Origin: Mobula hypostoma
Lineage: Eukaryota
Assembly: GCF_963921235.1 (NCBI RefSeq)
Contig: NC_086097.1
Coordinates: forward strand, 225,434,001-225,498,000
DNA: 64,000 bases
Direction: 5' to 3'
The notes under the pieces are model-generated. The model ran no database searches. It was not told where the DNA came from and saw nothing but the letters and a program-made list of their open reading frames with translations. The position numbers and the translations under genes are program-made. Shown here piece after piece: positions 1 to 13,191 of this stretch (within the stretch, counting starts at the first letter, position 1; each line of letters starts with the position of its first letter).

Positions 1-640
1 GATCCAGTTGCATATGGAGGTACAAAGGACCAGGTTTTGAAATTTGTTGTTTAGTAGTGAGGAGATGGTGGTGTTGAACACCAGGATATCATTGGTAAAC
101 AGCAGCCCAATGTAAGTATTGCTGTTTTCCATTGGAGAGATAGCGAGATTGCATCTGTTGTTGATCTACTGAGGCTGCAGGCAAATTGTAGTGGGTCCAG
201 GTTTTGTTCAGGCAGGAGTTAAATCTAGCCATGACCACCCTCTTGAAGCACTTTATCACAGCAGATTTGAGTGCTACTGGCTGCTGCCTGCAAGGAATTT
301 ATATGTTCTCCCTGTGACCATGTGGGTTTCCTCCAGGTGCTCCAGTTTCCTCTCACAGTCCAAAGATATGCCAGTTGGTAGGCTAATCGATCATTGTAAA
401 TTGTCCTGTGATAGGGCTAGTAGTAAATCAGGAGATTTCTGGGCAGTGTGTCTCGAAGGGCCAGAAGCGCCTATTCTGTGCTGTATCTCAAAAAAATAAT
501 GTAAAATAAAATAGTTATTGATCCAACTCTCCCTGCCCTTCTTGGGCACTGGTATGATTGATGCTCTTTTGAAGCAGGTGGGAATGTTTGTCTGCAGCAG
601 GGAGAGATTGGAGATGTCCTTGAAACCTCCAGCCGGTACT
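1..640 (-). mobile_element. Rex1/Babar-type LINE RT fragment, interrupted by a SINE
   Basis: Minus strand encodes degenerate IPTCFKRASIIPVPKK and CNWI motifs that are also seen in other Rex-type copies in this window; the sequence resumes after the SINE at about 511. Confidence 0.65.
283..510 (+). mobile_element. V-SINE/HE1-type SINE
   Basis: Core TGGGTTTCCTCCAGGTGCTCCAGTTTCCTCTCACAGTCCAAAGA; tail ctgtgctgtatctc followed by an A-rich end. Confidence 0.75.
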
Positions 641-1731
641 TTTCCAGTTCTAATAAGTCATTGACTATAAATATTAATATTGTTTTCCTTTCCATTGTTG
701 CTGTGTTTCCTGCTCAGTATTTGCAGCATTATTTGTTGCTGTTCTACCAGCATTTAAAACTGATTTTTGAAGACTAATTTTTCCCCAATTGTCCCTTCTA
801 AATACACTGTTTTCTCTTCGTCCTCTCAGTGTCTTACTTGGTTAAGCAATGGCATTTGTGCCTTGTTCTTGTCCAATGTATTCTTTGCAAAGATCTGTTA
901 AGTATGAAATCCGTGAAGTATGAAACTCTATATTTTACTCATTCCTCTGTTTGGTATTCATTAGATTCTGATTTTGTCTGCTGACAACACAACTTTACTT
1001 GTCTTTTGTCTTCCTGCTTTGTCCAGTGGCATTCAACAATACAACTGTAGCCCTTCATCTTGATTTCTGATATTTCAGAGAAGACAAATAACTGTTAAAT
1101 ATATAGTCATATAAAATAACCTTTGACTATAATTATAGTGTACTTGTGATCATTGAACAGCTTGTCAGCTTGGCTCGTTTATCGTACTTTCATCTCTGAG
1201 GTAGGTTATTGATTAAACAATAATGACTATATTTTAAAAGTGATTAATTGATTGTAAAATACTTTGTGATATGCTGAACATCTGGAAAGTGTGAAAGATT
1301 AGCTCTTACTTAAAGTGTAACTTAATTTTTATTGCCGAACCTTTTGCCCCTTTTGCCTAAAAATGTTCTCTTGCTAAAGGCAATTATTCATAATGCAAAT
1401 TGGCACAATCCACCGAATTCAGTCTACAGTCATAATCTGAATTGTTCTCATTTCATTTTAAACAGAATCACCACAATACTCTCAGGTTCAATAGAGGTTC
1501 GGACACATACAATGAATAGAAACATAGGCTTATCAAAGGTGGCTGTCAAACATTTATTAAAAGCAAATATTTAATAAAGTTAATAGAGATTTTTGAAAAA
1601 AGTAGTGCATTCAATAGATAAAGAGAATGCAATAGATGTACTGTATATGGATTCTCAGAAGCCTGTTAGATAAAATTCAGATATCCCATATAAGTCCCTA
1701 CAGGAAGATGGTTACGAGAAAGAAAATGAGG

Positions 1732-2040
1732 AATCAGAATCAGACTTAATATCACCGGCATATGTCGTGAAATTTGTTCATGGGTTCAATGTCCAATTAA
1801 AGATAGAATGGTAAAGGGGAAGAAGTTGTTCATGAATGGTGTGTGTGTGTGCATTTTTGCTTCTGTTCCTCCTTCCTGATGGTAATGGTGAGAAGAGGGC
1901 ATATCCTGGGTGGTGGGGGCCCTTGATGATGGAAGCCTCTTTTCTGAGGCATGAAGACGTCTTGAATGCTACGGAAGCTAGTACCCATGATGGAGCTGAC
2001 AGATTTCACAATTCTCTGCAGCTTGCTATGATCCTATGCA
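1732..2040 (-). mobile_element. Rex-type LINE 3' fragment
   Basis: AATCAG-repeat tail; minus strand reads KEASIIKGPHHPGYALFSPLPSGRR. Confidence 0.65.
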
Positions 2041-2639
2041 ATACATCCCACCACCCCGCGCCCCCCCCCAAACTCAGCTTAGTCTTTGATGACATTAATG
2101 ACGTTATTAGCCTATTGTTTCAATTCCCTTCCTCATTTCCATTCTTTCCTGCTTCTGTAATTCCTCAATCCCAGTCATACTGTAAGGTGCTCGTACTGTT
2201 CTGATTCTCTCCATCTGACCAGTATGCATTTAATTGATCTAACTTGGAAGTCATGTCATCAGTTGTTAAGTCTCTAAATGCTGCTAGTCCTTACCTGACT
2301 GTCTACCTCTTTACCTCTTTTTAATAGAACATAGAATATAGAACAGTACAGGGCATTTGGCCCATAATGTTTGGCCAACCTATTAACCTACTCTAAGATC
2401 AATCTAACCCTTGCCTCCCCCATAGCCCCCCATTTTTCTTTCATCCATGTGCCACATTTTATACTCCTTAAAAGATGTCTTTGACCAAGGTTTAAGTCAT
2501 ACATCTGCTTATCGGGTCAAGAGTCATTTTGTCATGGGAATGTAGAGTGCTGCAATAGACCTGTTAGCTCAAGTCAACACCAACCTTTTTGACTATTGCA
2601 CTAATTTCATTTGCCTGCAGAAGGACCATTTCCTTCATT

Positions 2640-2920
2640 ATTTATTTATCGAGATTCAACATGGAGAAGGCTCTTCCAGCCCTTTAAGCCGCTCTGCCCC
2701 GCAACCACCCCAAATTTAACCCTAGCCTAGTCACGGGACTATTTACAATGACCATTTAACCTATCAGCCAGTACATCTTTGGACTGTTGGAGGAAGCTGG
2801 AGCACCCAGAGGAAACACATGCAGTCATGAGGAGGACGTACAAACTCCTTACAGGCAGCGATGGGAAATGAACCCAGGTCTTTGGTATTGTAAAGCATTG
2901 TTTTAATTACTACACTACTG
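2640..2920 (-). mobile_element. V-SINE/HE1-type SINE
   Basis: Reverse complement of the V-SINE core (ctttggactgttggaggaagctggagcacccagaggaaac). Confidence 0.7.
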
Positions 2921-3364
2921 CTTGTGTGCCTAGGTGCCTCTTAAAGATAGTAATTATTTCCGATTCCATCAACACCTCTTTTTGCAAATTTCAGACATCA
3001 GTCATTCTCTGTGCAAAAAACACTTGACCTTCCTGTCCCCTTCATATAGTTTTATACATCTGTTTGCTTCTGTTCCTGTGAAGGTATTTGGAATATTTTG
3101 TGATCTTCAAGATGTTATGATTTTGTGTTGAAGAGAAGAACAGGAAAAAGAATGTACTGTGAATAGAAGGGCAATGAAACTTGTAGCTGAAAGGCCTGCG
3201 AGTTCCATTCTTGAATCTGTGAGTGATAAAGATGCAGAAGGCCATTAACATCTTGGGCTTATAAATGGAAATGCACCTTACAAAGTGAAAAATAATGAAA
3301 TGTTTGTGCAATGTAAAAAACATTCCCTGCCTCCTTCACAATGATAACAGAATTAATGAAAGGT

Positions 3365-4200
3365 CAAATCAATTTTGCCATTCGACCAGTGTGCAAGAGA
3401 CAACAAACTGTGGAAATACTAAAGGAAAGAAATAATAAATAAATAAATAAATAAACAAACAAACAAACAAACAAACAAACAAACCAACAAACAAACAAAC
3501 AAACAAATAAATAAATAATATCAACAACATGAGATGAAGAATCCTTGAAAGTGAGTCCATTGGTTGTGAGAATATTTCTATGATGTTGCAAGTGAAGTTG
3601 AGTGAAGCTATGCCTTTTAGTTCAAGATCCTGATGACTGAGGGTTAGTAACTGTTCCTGAAGCATCTGGTGTGAGTCCTGAGGCTCCTGTACCTACTTCC
3701 TGCTGGCAGCAGCGAGATGAGAGCATGTGCTTTGTGGTGTGGATCCCTATTAATGGATGCTGCTTTCCTGCAACAGTATATCATGCAGATGTGTCCAATG
3801 GTGGGGAGGATATTACCTGTGATGGACTGGGCTGTATCCATTACTTTTGTAGGATTTTCTGTTCAAGGAACATTGGTGGTTCCATACCAGGCTGTAATGC
3901 AGCCAGACAGTATACTCTCCACTACACATCTACAGAAGTTTGTCAAAGTTTTAGATGTCATGCCGAATCCTCACAACTTCCTGATGAAGTTGGGGCATTG
4001 TCATGCTTTCCTCATAATTGCACTTAAGTGCTGGGCCCAGGGCAGATCCTCCAAAATAACACCAGGGAATTTAAAGTTGCTGACCCTGTCCATCCTCTGA
4101 TGAGGACCGGCCGATGGGCCTCTGGTTTCCTTCTCTTGAAGTCAATAATCTGCTCCTTGGTCTTGCTGACATTGCGTAAGAGGTTGTTGTTATGGCATCT
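3365..4200 (-). mobile_element. Rex1/Babar-type LINE 3' portion
   Basis: ORF 3644-3841 reads RKAASINRDPHHKAHALISLLPAGSRYRSL; the 3' UTR contains a microsatellite. Confidence 0.7.
3433..3517. repeat. Compound (AAAT)n(AAAC)n microsatellite
   Basis: Read directly from the sequence. Confidence 0.95.
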
Positions 4201-4892
4201 CAAAGTTCAACATGCTGTATGTACTTTGATAATAAATTTCAACTTTGAACTCTGAACTGTTCAGCAACAGTAACAAAGAGAGATTGTATCTGAATCTCTC
4301 CCTGAAGCATCCACTTGTGAGTGCAAACACCTCCTTATCAGTCATTCCTGGTGATATTGTCTATCATGAGTAAGCTGGATTATTGGGGCATCTTTAACAA
4401 GGAGGCTAAGAGAGCAATTTTCAAGACTTGGGGTTCAGGTGAAGGCATCTACACCAGTAGTGAAACACTTAGGTTCAGTGAGAGGCAAGAGTCCAGAAGT
4501 GGAAGGGGACATAGATCAGAATGGAAGAGATTGCAGTGGTTTAAGGGAGCAAATTTTTGGAGGGCTCGGAAAGCAAGAATGAGAACTTTGAAAGGAAGGT
4601 ATTGCTTCATGAGAGACCACTATGGATTAGTAAACACAAATGTGCTTGCTGAAGGGGTTGGTATTGGTTTGGAGTTAGGCTGTAGAGTCTGGGTTAATGT
4701 GGAGATTTTGGAGTGTTGGAGATTGGGGGTGAACTTGGGCTTCATTGGAATAGTCAAGTCCAGAGTTAAATCAAGGGGAAAGGCAGGTGAAAGCTTCATC
4801 AGTGGATCAGCTGAATCAGGATTTGAGTAAGGTGGCTCAGGGATAGAGGTGTGGAGTGTGAATATATGTCAAATCTAACAAAACTTTCAGTA

Positions 4893-5123
4893 AATCACAA
4901 ACACGAGAAAGACTGCAAATGCTGGAAATCCAAAGCAACACACACAAAACATTGGAGGAACTCAACAGGTCAAGCAGCATCTATGGAAAAGAGTAAAAAG
5001 TCTATATTTCGGGCCAAGAACTTTCACCAGTCCTGCAGAAGGCTCTTGGCCTGAAATGTTGACTATTTACTCCTTTCCATAGATGCTGCCTGACCTGCTG
5101 AGTTCCTCCAGCGTTCTGTGTGT
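4893..5123. mobile_element. Penelope-like pseudo-LTR fold-back insert with degenerate hammerhead core
   Basis: Inverted arms; agtc-CTGCAGA-aggctcttggcct-GAAA-tgttgact; TSD aaaactttcagta (4880-4892) / aaaactttaagta (5124-5136). Confidence 0.75.
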
Positions 5124-5314
5124 AAAACTTTAAGTAGTGAGGCTCAGCCTTAGTTACATGACAGGGAGCAGGATGGAGTTAACGGCTAGAGAACAGTGTT
5201 TGTAATATGATTTGATGATAAAGGGCTCATATAAGTTGATGAAAATTTCTGCTCATGTTGTACTGAATGCTGGGCATTTCAATGAACGGTCAGTGATCAG
5301 AGACATGAACAGAG

Positions 5315-5420
5315 CATCTTTCACTATCCTGGGATGTTCCGAAGTGCTTCAAATCTAGTGAAGTACTTTTAAACTGCAGACATTCAAATTAACGCAAACT
5401 GATGTAGCAAACTGTTCCTT
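5315..5420 (-). mobile_element. Ancient Deu-SINE/SacSINE-like 3' remnant
   Basis: Reverse complement resembles the aaaagtacttcatt...gcgctttgggacgtcc...tgaaag tail; a similar plus-strand remnant lies at about 1220-1300. Confidence 0.4.
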
Positions 5421-6089
5421 GCACAAAACAGATGGAGGCTCCTCCAAGTTTTATAACATTAAAATGTATTTAGTTGAATCACATAATGAATGACATATTG
5501 ACCACAGACTTCATTCTGGAAGTAAATCATTGACTCTTGGGTTGTACAAGCAGATTTGAATGTACAATAATGTTCTTGTTCTTTGGCTGCTGATATTAAA
5601 GCACAGTCAATCACATCCGTAATCCTCCAGTCAATAGTTTACTGCTAAAACCATCAACTACAATCAATATATGCATATTTTCCTATAGCTATTAATGTTA
5701 TATTCACATTTGTCCATGCTGATATCTACCAATAGTGAAAGTAACACTCATACTATGCATCTCAATTAACCCTTAATATTCTGCATAGCAATATATTAGA
5801 GGTTTTATGGAATTGGTTGGTGAACAATTAAGCTGCAATTAATATTTTTCCTATCATAAATGACCAACTTAAGTCACATTCTAAAATGAACATGCAATCC
5901 TTAAGATAAAATTGTGCAGTATTCCAGTGGATGGGAGAAGTATAATAGACACAGAGAATGCAGGAAACACTTAGTGGTCCTGGAGAGTGAAACACAGTTA
6001 ATGTTTCAAGAATGCCATAGGAGATATTGTCACTAAATTGCTCCAGTAGAGAAAATGCCATTCAACTGAAACATCGATACTATTTTATG

Positions 6090-6275
6090 TATTTATTTAC
6101 TTATTTATTGGCCTTTCTGGCCCTCTGAGCCATGCTGCCCAGCAACCCTCATTTAATCCTAGCCTAATCACAGGACAATTTACAATGACCAATTAACCTA
6201 CCAACCGGTACATCTTTGGACTGTGGGAGGAAACCAGATCACCCAGAGGAAACCCACGCAGTCTTAGGAAAGCGT
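6090..6275 (-). mobile_element. V-SINE/HE1-type SINE
   Basis: ctttggactgtgggaggaaaccagatcacccagaggaaacccacgcagtc. Confidence 0.75.
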
Positions 6276-6284
6276 GTATCCCCC

Positions 6285-7380
6285 ACCCCGCTTCATTATT
6301 CAAAACTCTAGTGAATACAGGTTCAGAGCCATCAATCTCCTCAAACGTTAACACTTTTTCCCGGAATCATTTTTGTGAACATCTTCTGAACACTCTCCAA
6401 TGCCAGCACATCTTTTCTTAGATAAGGGTCCCAAAGTTGCTCACAATACTCCAAGTGCAGTCTGACCAATGCCTTATAAAACCTCAGTATCACATCCTTG
6501 TTTTTATAATCTATTCCTCTTGAAATGAAGGCTAATGTTGCACTTACCTTTCATATCACCAACTCAACATGCAAGTCAACCTTTAGGAAGTCCTGTACAA
6601 GGACTCCCAGGTCCCTTTGCACACTGATTTTTTAAAGTTCCTCCTCATTTAGAAAATATTCAATGCCTTTATTCCTTATACAAATGTGCATGACCATAAC
6701 CTTCCCAACATTATATTTCTTCCATCACTTCTTTGCCCATTCTCCCGATCTCAGTTGTTCTGCAGACTCCCTGCTTCCTCTACACTACCTACCTCTCCAC
6801 CTATCTTTGTATCTTTTGCAAACTTGCCCACAAACCCATTAATTCTATCATCCAAACCATTGACATATAACACGAAAAGAAGTGGTTTCAATACTGACCC
6901 CTGCAGAAGGCCACTTGTCACTGGCAGCCAATCAGAATAGGCTCTCTTTATTCCCACTCTTTGACTCCTGCCAGTCAGTCAATTTCTATCCATGCTCATA
7001 TCTTTTCTGTAATATCATGGACTCTCTCTTGTTAAGCAGCTTCACGTGCAGCACCTTGTCAAAGGCCTTCTGAAAATCCAAATAAACAACATCCACTGAC
7101 TCTCTTTTGTCTGTGCTCCTCGTTATTTCCTCAAAGAATTCTAACAGATTTGTCAGGCAAGATTTCCCTTGAAGGAGACTATGCTGACTTTAATCTTCTT
7201 TATCACGTGCCTCCAAGAACCTGAAATCTCATCCTTAATAGTGGACTCCAGCATATTTCCAACCATTCAAGTCAGGATAACTAGCCTATAGTTTCCTTTC
7301 TTCTGCTTCCCTCTCTTTTTAAAGAGCGGAGTGACATTTGTAATTTCCAGTCCTCTGGAATGATTCCAGAATCTAGTGAA
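6285..7380 (-). mobile_element. CR1 LINE RT fragment (inverted segment)
   Basis: SDWLPVTSGLLQGSVLKPLLF..KFAKDTKIGG; SLDSGIIPEDWK. Confidence 0.85.
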
Positions 7381-7680
7381 TAGAAGAAGTTGTATCCTGG
7401 AATAGAGGGACACCCTTCAGAACAGAGATGAGGAGTATTTTTGTTAGCCAGAGAGTGGTGAACTGTGAAATTCATTGCCACAGACAGCTGTGGAGGACAA
7501 GTCATTAGGTATATTTAAAATGGAGATTGATAGGTTCTTGATTAATAAGGGTGACAAAGGTTACAAGGAAAAGGCAGGAGAATGGGGTTGAGAGGGATAC
7601 TAAATCAGCCACGATCAAATGGTGGAGCAGACTCAATGGGCTGAATGGCCTAATTCTGTGTCTATGTCTTATAGTTATGT
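7381..7680 (+). mobile_element. CR1 3' end
   Basis: Reads IEGHPFRTEM..SQRVVN, followed by CR1 3' UTR gggctgaatggcctaattctg. Confidence 0.8.
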
Positions 7681-7904
7681 TCACTGGGATTTCTGAAATG
7701 GATTATCAGTTTATTGGAGTTTTCTTAATTCAATTTGAATTCTCTAGCTGGTATGGTAGTGCAATTTCATTCCCGTGAATCAGTATTCTAGACCTGTCGA
7801 TACTAGTCCATTGCTTTAATGACAGTGTTTCCATGCATATGGTTTCCCACATCACCCTGCTGTTGCTGACCGTAATTACATGCAACATTGTCAAAAAAAA
7901 GACA

Positions 7905-8215
7905 TAGAGTAAGTGGACAGCCAGAAACTTTTTCCTAGGGTGGAAATGGCTGAGAAGAAGGGACATAATTTTAACGTGGTTGGAGGAAAGTATAGGGGAA
8001 TGTCAGAGGAAAGCTTTTACACAGAAATTGGTGTGTGTGTGTGTGTGTGTGTGTGGAACACACTGCCAGGTGTGGTAGTAGAGACAGACACATGGGTGTT
8101 AGAAAAATGGAGGGCTAAGTAAGAAGAAAGGGTTAGATTGATCTTACAGCAGGTTAAAAGAGGTCTGCACAGTATCATGGACCAGTAGGCCTGCACTGTG
8201 CTGTAATGTTCTGTG
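7905..8215 (+). mobile_element. CR1 3' fragment with (GT)n
   Basis: DSQKLFPRVEMA..GHNF..WNTLP. Confidence 0.75.
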
Positions 8216-8669
8216 TTCAAAAGAGAAGGCCGAGTGCTGGTGATTGTGCTGCATGAAATGTATGTGACATTCGTGGAAATCATGAACTGTGCAAGATGCA
8301 TCTGTAATATTAGGTGTAAGATTTGCTGGTGCTTCACCTCAGATTCTTAAATTTTATGAAAATCAAAAAGTGACTCTCAATACTGGAAATCTAAGACCAA
8401 GTTGCTGGAAGCACTCAGTACATCAGGTAACATTTGTAGAAAGAAAAACAATTACCGTTTTAGGTACAAGGCCCTGTGTCAGAATTAATTGTATCCTGGG
8501 CTTGGATCAGATCCTCAGGCATCACTTCATAATTTGAATTCCCTGTCTTTGCAGTTAGCCCAGTTGTGGTTTCACTGATTCTCTAAACTCTTGATACTAT
8601 CATCTAGATCTCCACCTAACCCACCATGATTTTGAAGTGCATATCAAAGAAATGGATATTTTGATCCCA

Positions 8670-8925
8670 GGGTGCCATGGTAGCGTACTAGCCAGCGTGA
8701 AGCTGGGAGTTCTGAGTTCAATTCCATATCCCCTGTTGTACGTTCTTCCTGTGTGCGCGTGGGTTTCCTTTGGGTCCTTAGGTTTCCTCCCGCAGTCCAG
8801 AGCTGTACTGCCTAGTAAGTTACTTGGTTACAGGGTTAAATACATGGGTTGCAGGGTAGAACTGCTGGGTGGGCTGCAAGGGCCTGTTCCACACTGTATC
8901 TCTAAATAAAAATAAAATAAAATAA
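8670..8925 (+). mobile_element. V-SINE/HE1-type SINE
   Basis: gcgtgggtttcctttgggtccttaggtttcctcccgcagtcca core; (AATAA)n tail. Confidence 0.7.
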
Positions 8926-9046
8926 TAAAGTACTGTCAACCATGTTCTTAGCGTTTCCAAACCCGAACAATGACTTCCTTCACAGTTAAGATTCAAAGCT
9001 CATCCTTCTTTTCAGCTGCATAGCAAGACATGAATCATTGCTTTCG

Positions 9047-9180
9047 AAGTCCTGGTGAAGGTTCTTGCCCCAAATCATTAACTGTTTATTCATCTCCATG
9101 GATGCTGCTTGACCTGCTGAGTTCCTCCAGCACTTTGTGTGTGTTACTCTGGATTTTCAAACTCTGCAGAATCTCTTGTT
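9047..9180 (+). mobile_element. Degenerate Penelope pseudo-LTR (hammerhead-family) copy
   Basis: agtcctggtgaagg...gatgctgcttgacctgctgagttcctccagc...tctgcagaatctcttgt. Further degenerate copies lie at about 8360-8480, 9545-9670, 9770-9960, 16170-16265 and 36140-36540. Confidence 0.6.
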
Positions 9181-10262
9181 CAAAGCTGAAAGTAACTTTA
9201 TTATCAAAATGCCTGCATATCACCGCATACATCCCTGAGATTCATTTTCTTGGGGCGCACTCAATAAATCCATAATAGAATAATAATCATAATAGAAGCA
9301 ATGAAAAACTGCACCAATTTGGGTGTTCAACCAGTGTGTAAAGGACACAAACCGTGAAAATACAAAAATAAATTAATAATAATAATAATAATAATAAATA
9401 AGCAATAAATATCGAGAACATGAAATGAAGAGTCCTTGAAAATGAGTCCATAAGTTGTGTTTATGAATCAACGTCAACCAGTGTGCCAAAGTACAGAATT
9501 TATTCACATTTCATGCACTAAGAGAGAAAGCAACACATATAAAACAAGAAAATCCAAATGCTGAAAATCCGGTATAAAGTAGAAAATTGGGGAAACACTC
9601 AATAGGTCAGGCAGAATCTGTGGAAAGAAATTCCAAGTTAATGTCTTAGCTCATGGACCTTTTATTCAAACAGGAAAAAACAGTTGATCTGGCACCTCCA
9701 AAGCATTTAAGTTCACAAGATATCGTACACAAGATACAGTATGTGGATGAAAATCAAGCAGTGGTAAGACAACAGAGATGGCAGATGCTGGGATATGAAA
9801 CAGTAAATCAACTGATGAGGGATCTTGGCGGGTTGATCAGTCTTTCTGAGGAGACTGCTCAGAAGTTTGTTTTGGAGCAGTAAACAAACTGCAGGTTGAG
9901 CAACATTTGTGGGGAGAAAGGAATAGTCAGTGTTTTTGGTTTGATTCCCTACATCTGAACGCTGCATCAAACCTCCAGGTTGATGAGGGTAGGGCAGTGG
10001 GTGTTGTCCATTTGGATTTTAGCAAGAAAAAAGATTAACTTTATTTTTCACGTGCACATTGAAACATCAAAACATGCAGTGAAATGCATTGATTGCATCA
10101 ACACCCAGCACAGTCTGAGGATGAGTTGGCGGCAGCCCACAAGTGTCACTATACTTGGCGCGACAACGTAGCATGCTCGCAACTTCCTAACCATTACAAC
10201 CGGTACATTTTGGAATGCGAGAAGAAACTGGAGCATCCAGAGGAAACTCAGGCAGTCACGGG

Positions 10263-10491
10263 TGAAGCACCTTCAATTGCTCCAAAAGACTGAGGTTTGG
10301 TAAAATACTGAAAGGCTTTTATTTGCTGTACAATACGACCTCCACAGTGAGTGTCTGCCCCCGGACTGAGGGGGAGGGGCAAGGTGAACACTTTTATACA
10401 GGACTCTGTGGGAGGAGCCACAGGGGCAGTCAGCAGAGGGGTGTGTCCAGACAGGTAACCGAGTTACAACATATATACATGGTTTACCACA
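10263..10491 (-). repeat. 3' LTR (229 bp)
   Basis: TG...CA ends; on the element strand there is a TATAAAA (10392-10398), an Inr-like TCAGT at about 10367, and an AATAAA. Confidence 0.95.
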
Positions 10492-10510
10492 TTCACCCCT
10501 CCTTTTTTTT
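10492..10510 (-). promoter_or_regulatory. Polypurine tract
   Basis: AAAAAAAAGGAGGGGTGAA directly upstream of the 3' LTR on the element strand. Confidence 0.9.
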
Positions 10511-10561
10511 AAAAAGAGTCCCGCGGGGTGAAGTGACTGACAATATTTACAAGAAGTATAT

Positions 10562-13173
10562 TTACAGGTTAAGTCTATCAGGCGGTCGAGTCCGTCGCTG
10601 TGATCTACGTAGCATCGGCGGTGATTGCACCGGCGATGGCGGTTGTGCTGGCTCCGGCCTGACTTCAGGTGCCAGCACGTTAGGCGTCGGTAATCCCTCG
10701 TGCGTGTGCGTCGCGCCTGGTATAGGAGTGTCGTGTGGTGTCTGTATAGGGTTTGGGGTGCACGGTGTCTCATAGGTACATACGTTGGTGGGTATGGGGT
10801 CAATAGTCACCATGGAGTGTTCAGGGTAGGGGCCCGGAGCTCCTGCGGGCGCCAGGTCGCGGATGGAGACCGTGTCCTCCTGCCCATCAGGTAAAACCAC
10901 GTAGGCATACTGGGGGTTCGCATGAAGTAAGTGAACCCTCTCAACTATCGGGGAGTATTTATTGCTCCTCGCATGTTTCCGGAGCAGCACTGGCCCCGGG
11001 GATGTCAGCCAAGATGGTAGGGTGGTTACAGTGGTCGATTTTCTGGGAAAAGAAAAGAGCCGCTCATGAGGGGTGGCATTGGTGGCTGTGCATAACAGGG
11101 AGCGGATGGAGTGGAGTGCCTCGGGAAGGACCTCCTGCCAGCGGGAGACCAGCAGTCCCTTTAACCTGAGGGCTAAGAGTGTGGCTTTCCACACCGTGCC
11201 ATTCTCCTTCTCTACCTGTCCATTCCCCCGGGGATTATAGCTAGTGGTCCTACTGGTTGCAATTCCCGTAGCCAGCAGGTATTGGCGCAGCTCGTCACTC
11301 ATAAACGTGGACCCTCTGTCACTGTGGATATAGCATGGGTATCTGAACAGAGTGAAGAGCTTGCGCAGGGCTTTTATAACTGACGTGGTAGTGGTGTCGG
11401 GGCAGGGGATGGCGAAGGGGAACCGCAAGTACTCGTCAATTACGTTAAGAAAGTACACATTGCGGTCGGTGGAGGGAAGGGGGCCCTTAAAGTCAACACT
11501 CAGTCGCTCAAAGGGGCGGGTGGCCTTGATGAGTGGTGCCTTTTTGGGTCAGTAGAAGTGCGGTTTGCACTCTGCGCAGACTTGGCCGTCCCTGGTCATC
11601 GTCCTGATCTCCTCAAGGGAGTAAGGCAGGTTCCTGGCTTTCATGAAGTGGAAAAGCCGGGTGACCCCCGGGTGGCAAAGGTCTACATGTAGGGCGTATA
11701 GCCGGTCGATCTGCGCGCTGGCGCATGTTCCCCGGGATAGGGCATCGGAGGGCTCATTGAGCTTCCCAGGCCTGTACATGATGTCATAGTTGTAGGTGGA
11801 GAGTTCGATTCTCCACCTCAGAATTTTATCATTTTTGATTTTGCTCCACTGCTGATTATTAAACATGAATGCGACTGAGCGCCGGTCAGTTAGCAGGGTG
11901 AACCTTTTGCCAGTGAGATAGTGCCTCCAGTGCCTTATAGCTTCCACTATGGCCTGGGCCTCTTTCTCTACCGCAGAGTGCCGATTTTCAGGGCCTTGAA
12001 GGGTACGGGCGAAGAACGCCACTGGTCTTCCCGCCTGGTTGAGGGTAGCAGCCAGCGCAAAGTCGGAGGCATCACTCTCTACTTGGAAGGGAATGGTCTC
12101 ATCCACCCCATGCATTGCTGCTTTGGCAATATCCCCTTTTATGCGGTTGAAGGCCGCGTGGGCCTCGGCAGGGAGGGGGAATGTGGTGGACTTGACCGGG
12201 GGGGGCGGGCCTTGTCTGCATAGTTAGAGACCCACTGGGCGTAATATGAAAAGAAGCCCAGGCACCTTTTGAGGGCTCTGAGGGTATTGGGAAGAGGGAG
12301 TTCCAACAGGGGGCGCATACGGTCGGGGTCAGGGCCAATGACTCCATTCTCCACGACACACCCAAGGATAGCAAGTAGGGTGGTCCCAAATACACACTTG
12401 TCCTTGTTATAGGTGAGGTTGAAAGATTTGGCCGCTTGGAGAAATTTTTGGAGGTTGTTGTCGTGATCTTGCTGGTCGTGACCGCAGATGGTGATGTTAT
12501 CCAGATATGGGAACGTAGCCTTCAGTTGGCACTGGTCCACCATCCGGTCCGTTGCCCTCTGGAAGACAGATACACCATTCGTGACACCAAAGGGGACGCG
12601 CAGGAATTCATAATGCCTGCTGTCTGCCTCGAAGGCAGTGTAAGGGCGGTCCTTCTGGCGGATGGGGAGCTGATGGTAAGCGGATTTTAGGTCTATGGTC
12701 GAGTACACCTTGTACTGTGCTACCTGATTGACCATATCCGCGATGCGGGGTAGAGGGTACGCGTCGAGCTGCGTGAACCTATTGATGGTCTGGCTATAGT
12801 CCACGACCATCCTATTCTTCTCCCCGTTCCGAACAACCACCACCTGCGCCCTCCAAGGACTTGTGCTTGCCTCAATGACCCCCTCCCTGAGCAGCCGCTG
12901 CACCTCCGACTTAATGAAAGCTCTGTCCCCCGCGCTGTACCTCCTGCTTTTAGTTGCCACAGATTTACAGTTGGGGGTCAGGTTGGCGAACAGCGGTGGG
13001 GGAGGGATCCTGAGGGTGGAGAGGCCGCAAGTGGTGTCGGTAGTGTGACAGTTGGCATGATGTTGGGTGGGATGCGCGGGTCGGTGTGTGTGTGTGGTCA
13101 ATAGCGGGGTACGTGACATATCTCTACAAAACAGGGGATTTATGACAGTAATTGGTGGGAGGGGCCCCATCAT
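10562..13173 (-). pseudogene. pol: Gypsy pol (RT, RNase H, integrase), broken
   Basis: RT: RMVVDY, PFGVTNG, YLDN. RNase H: SDASD, EAQAI. Integrase: HVDLCH..CAEC zinc motif and catalytic SVDFKGP/HSDRG/QVEKEN. There is a frameshift at the G-run near 12200 and an in-frame stop at 11549. Confidence 0.95.
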
Positions 13174-13191
13174 ACTTCATTGTCACGCTTT

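Noticed and set aside
4321..4830. 169-aa ORF
   Set aside because: No recognisable domain; it appears to be the antisense of an ancient L2-like remnant.
9653..9883. 76-aa ORF with exon-like signals (EKTVDLAPPK...)
   Set aside because: The apparent acceptor and the downstream part lie in decayed pseudo-LTR repeats, and the peptide is not recognised.
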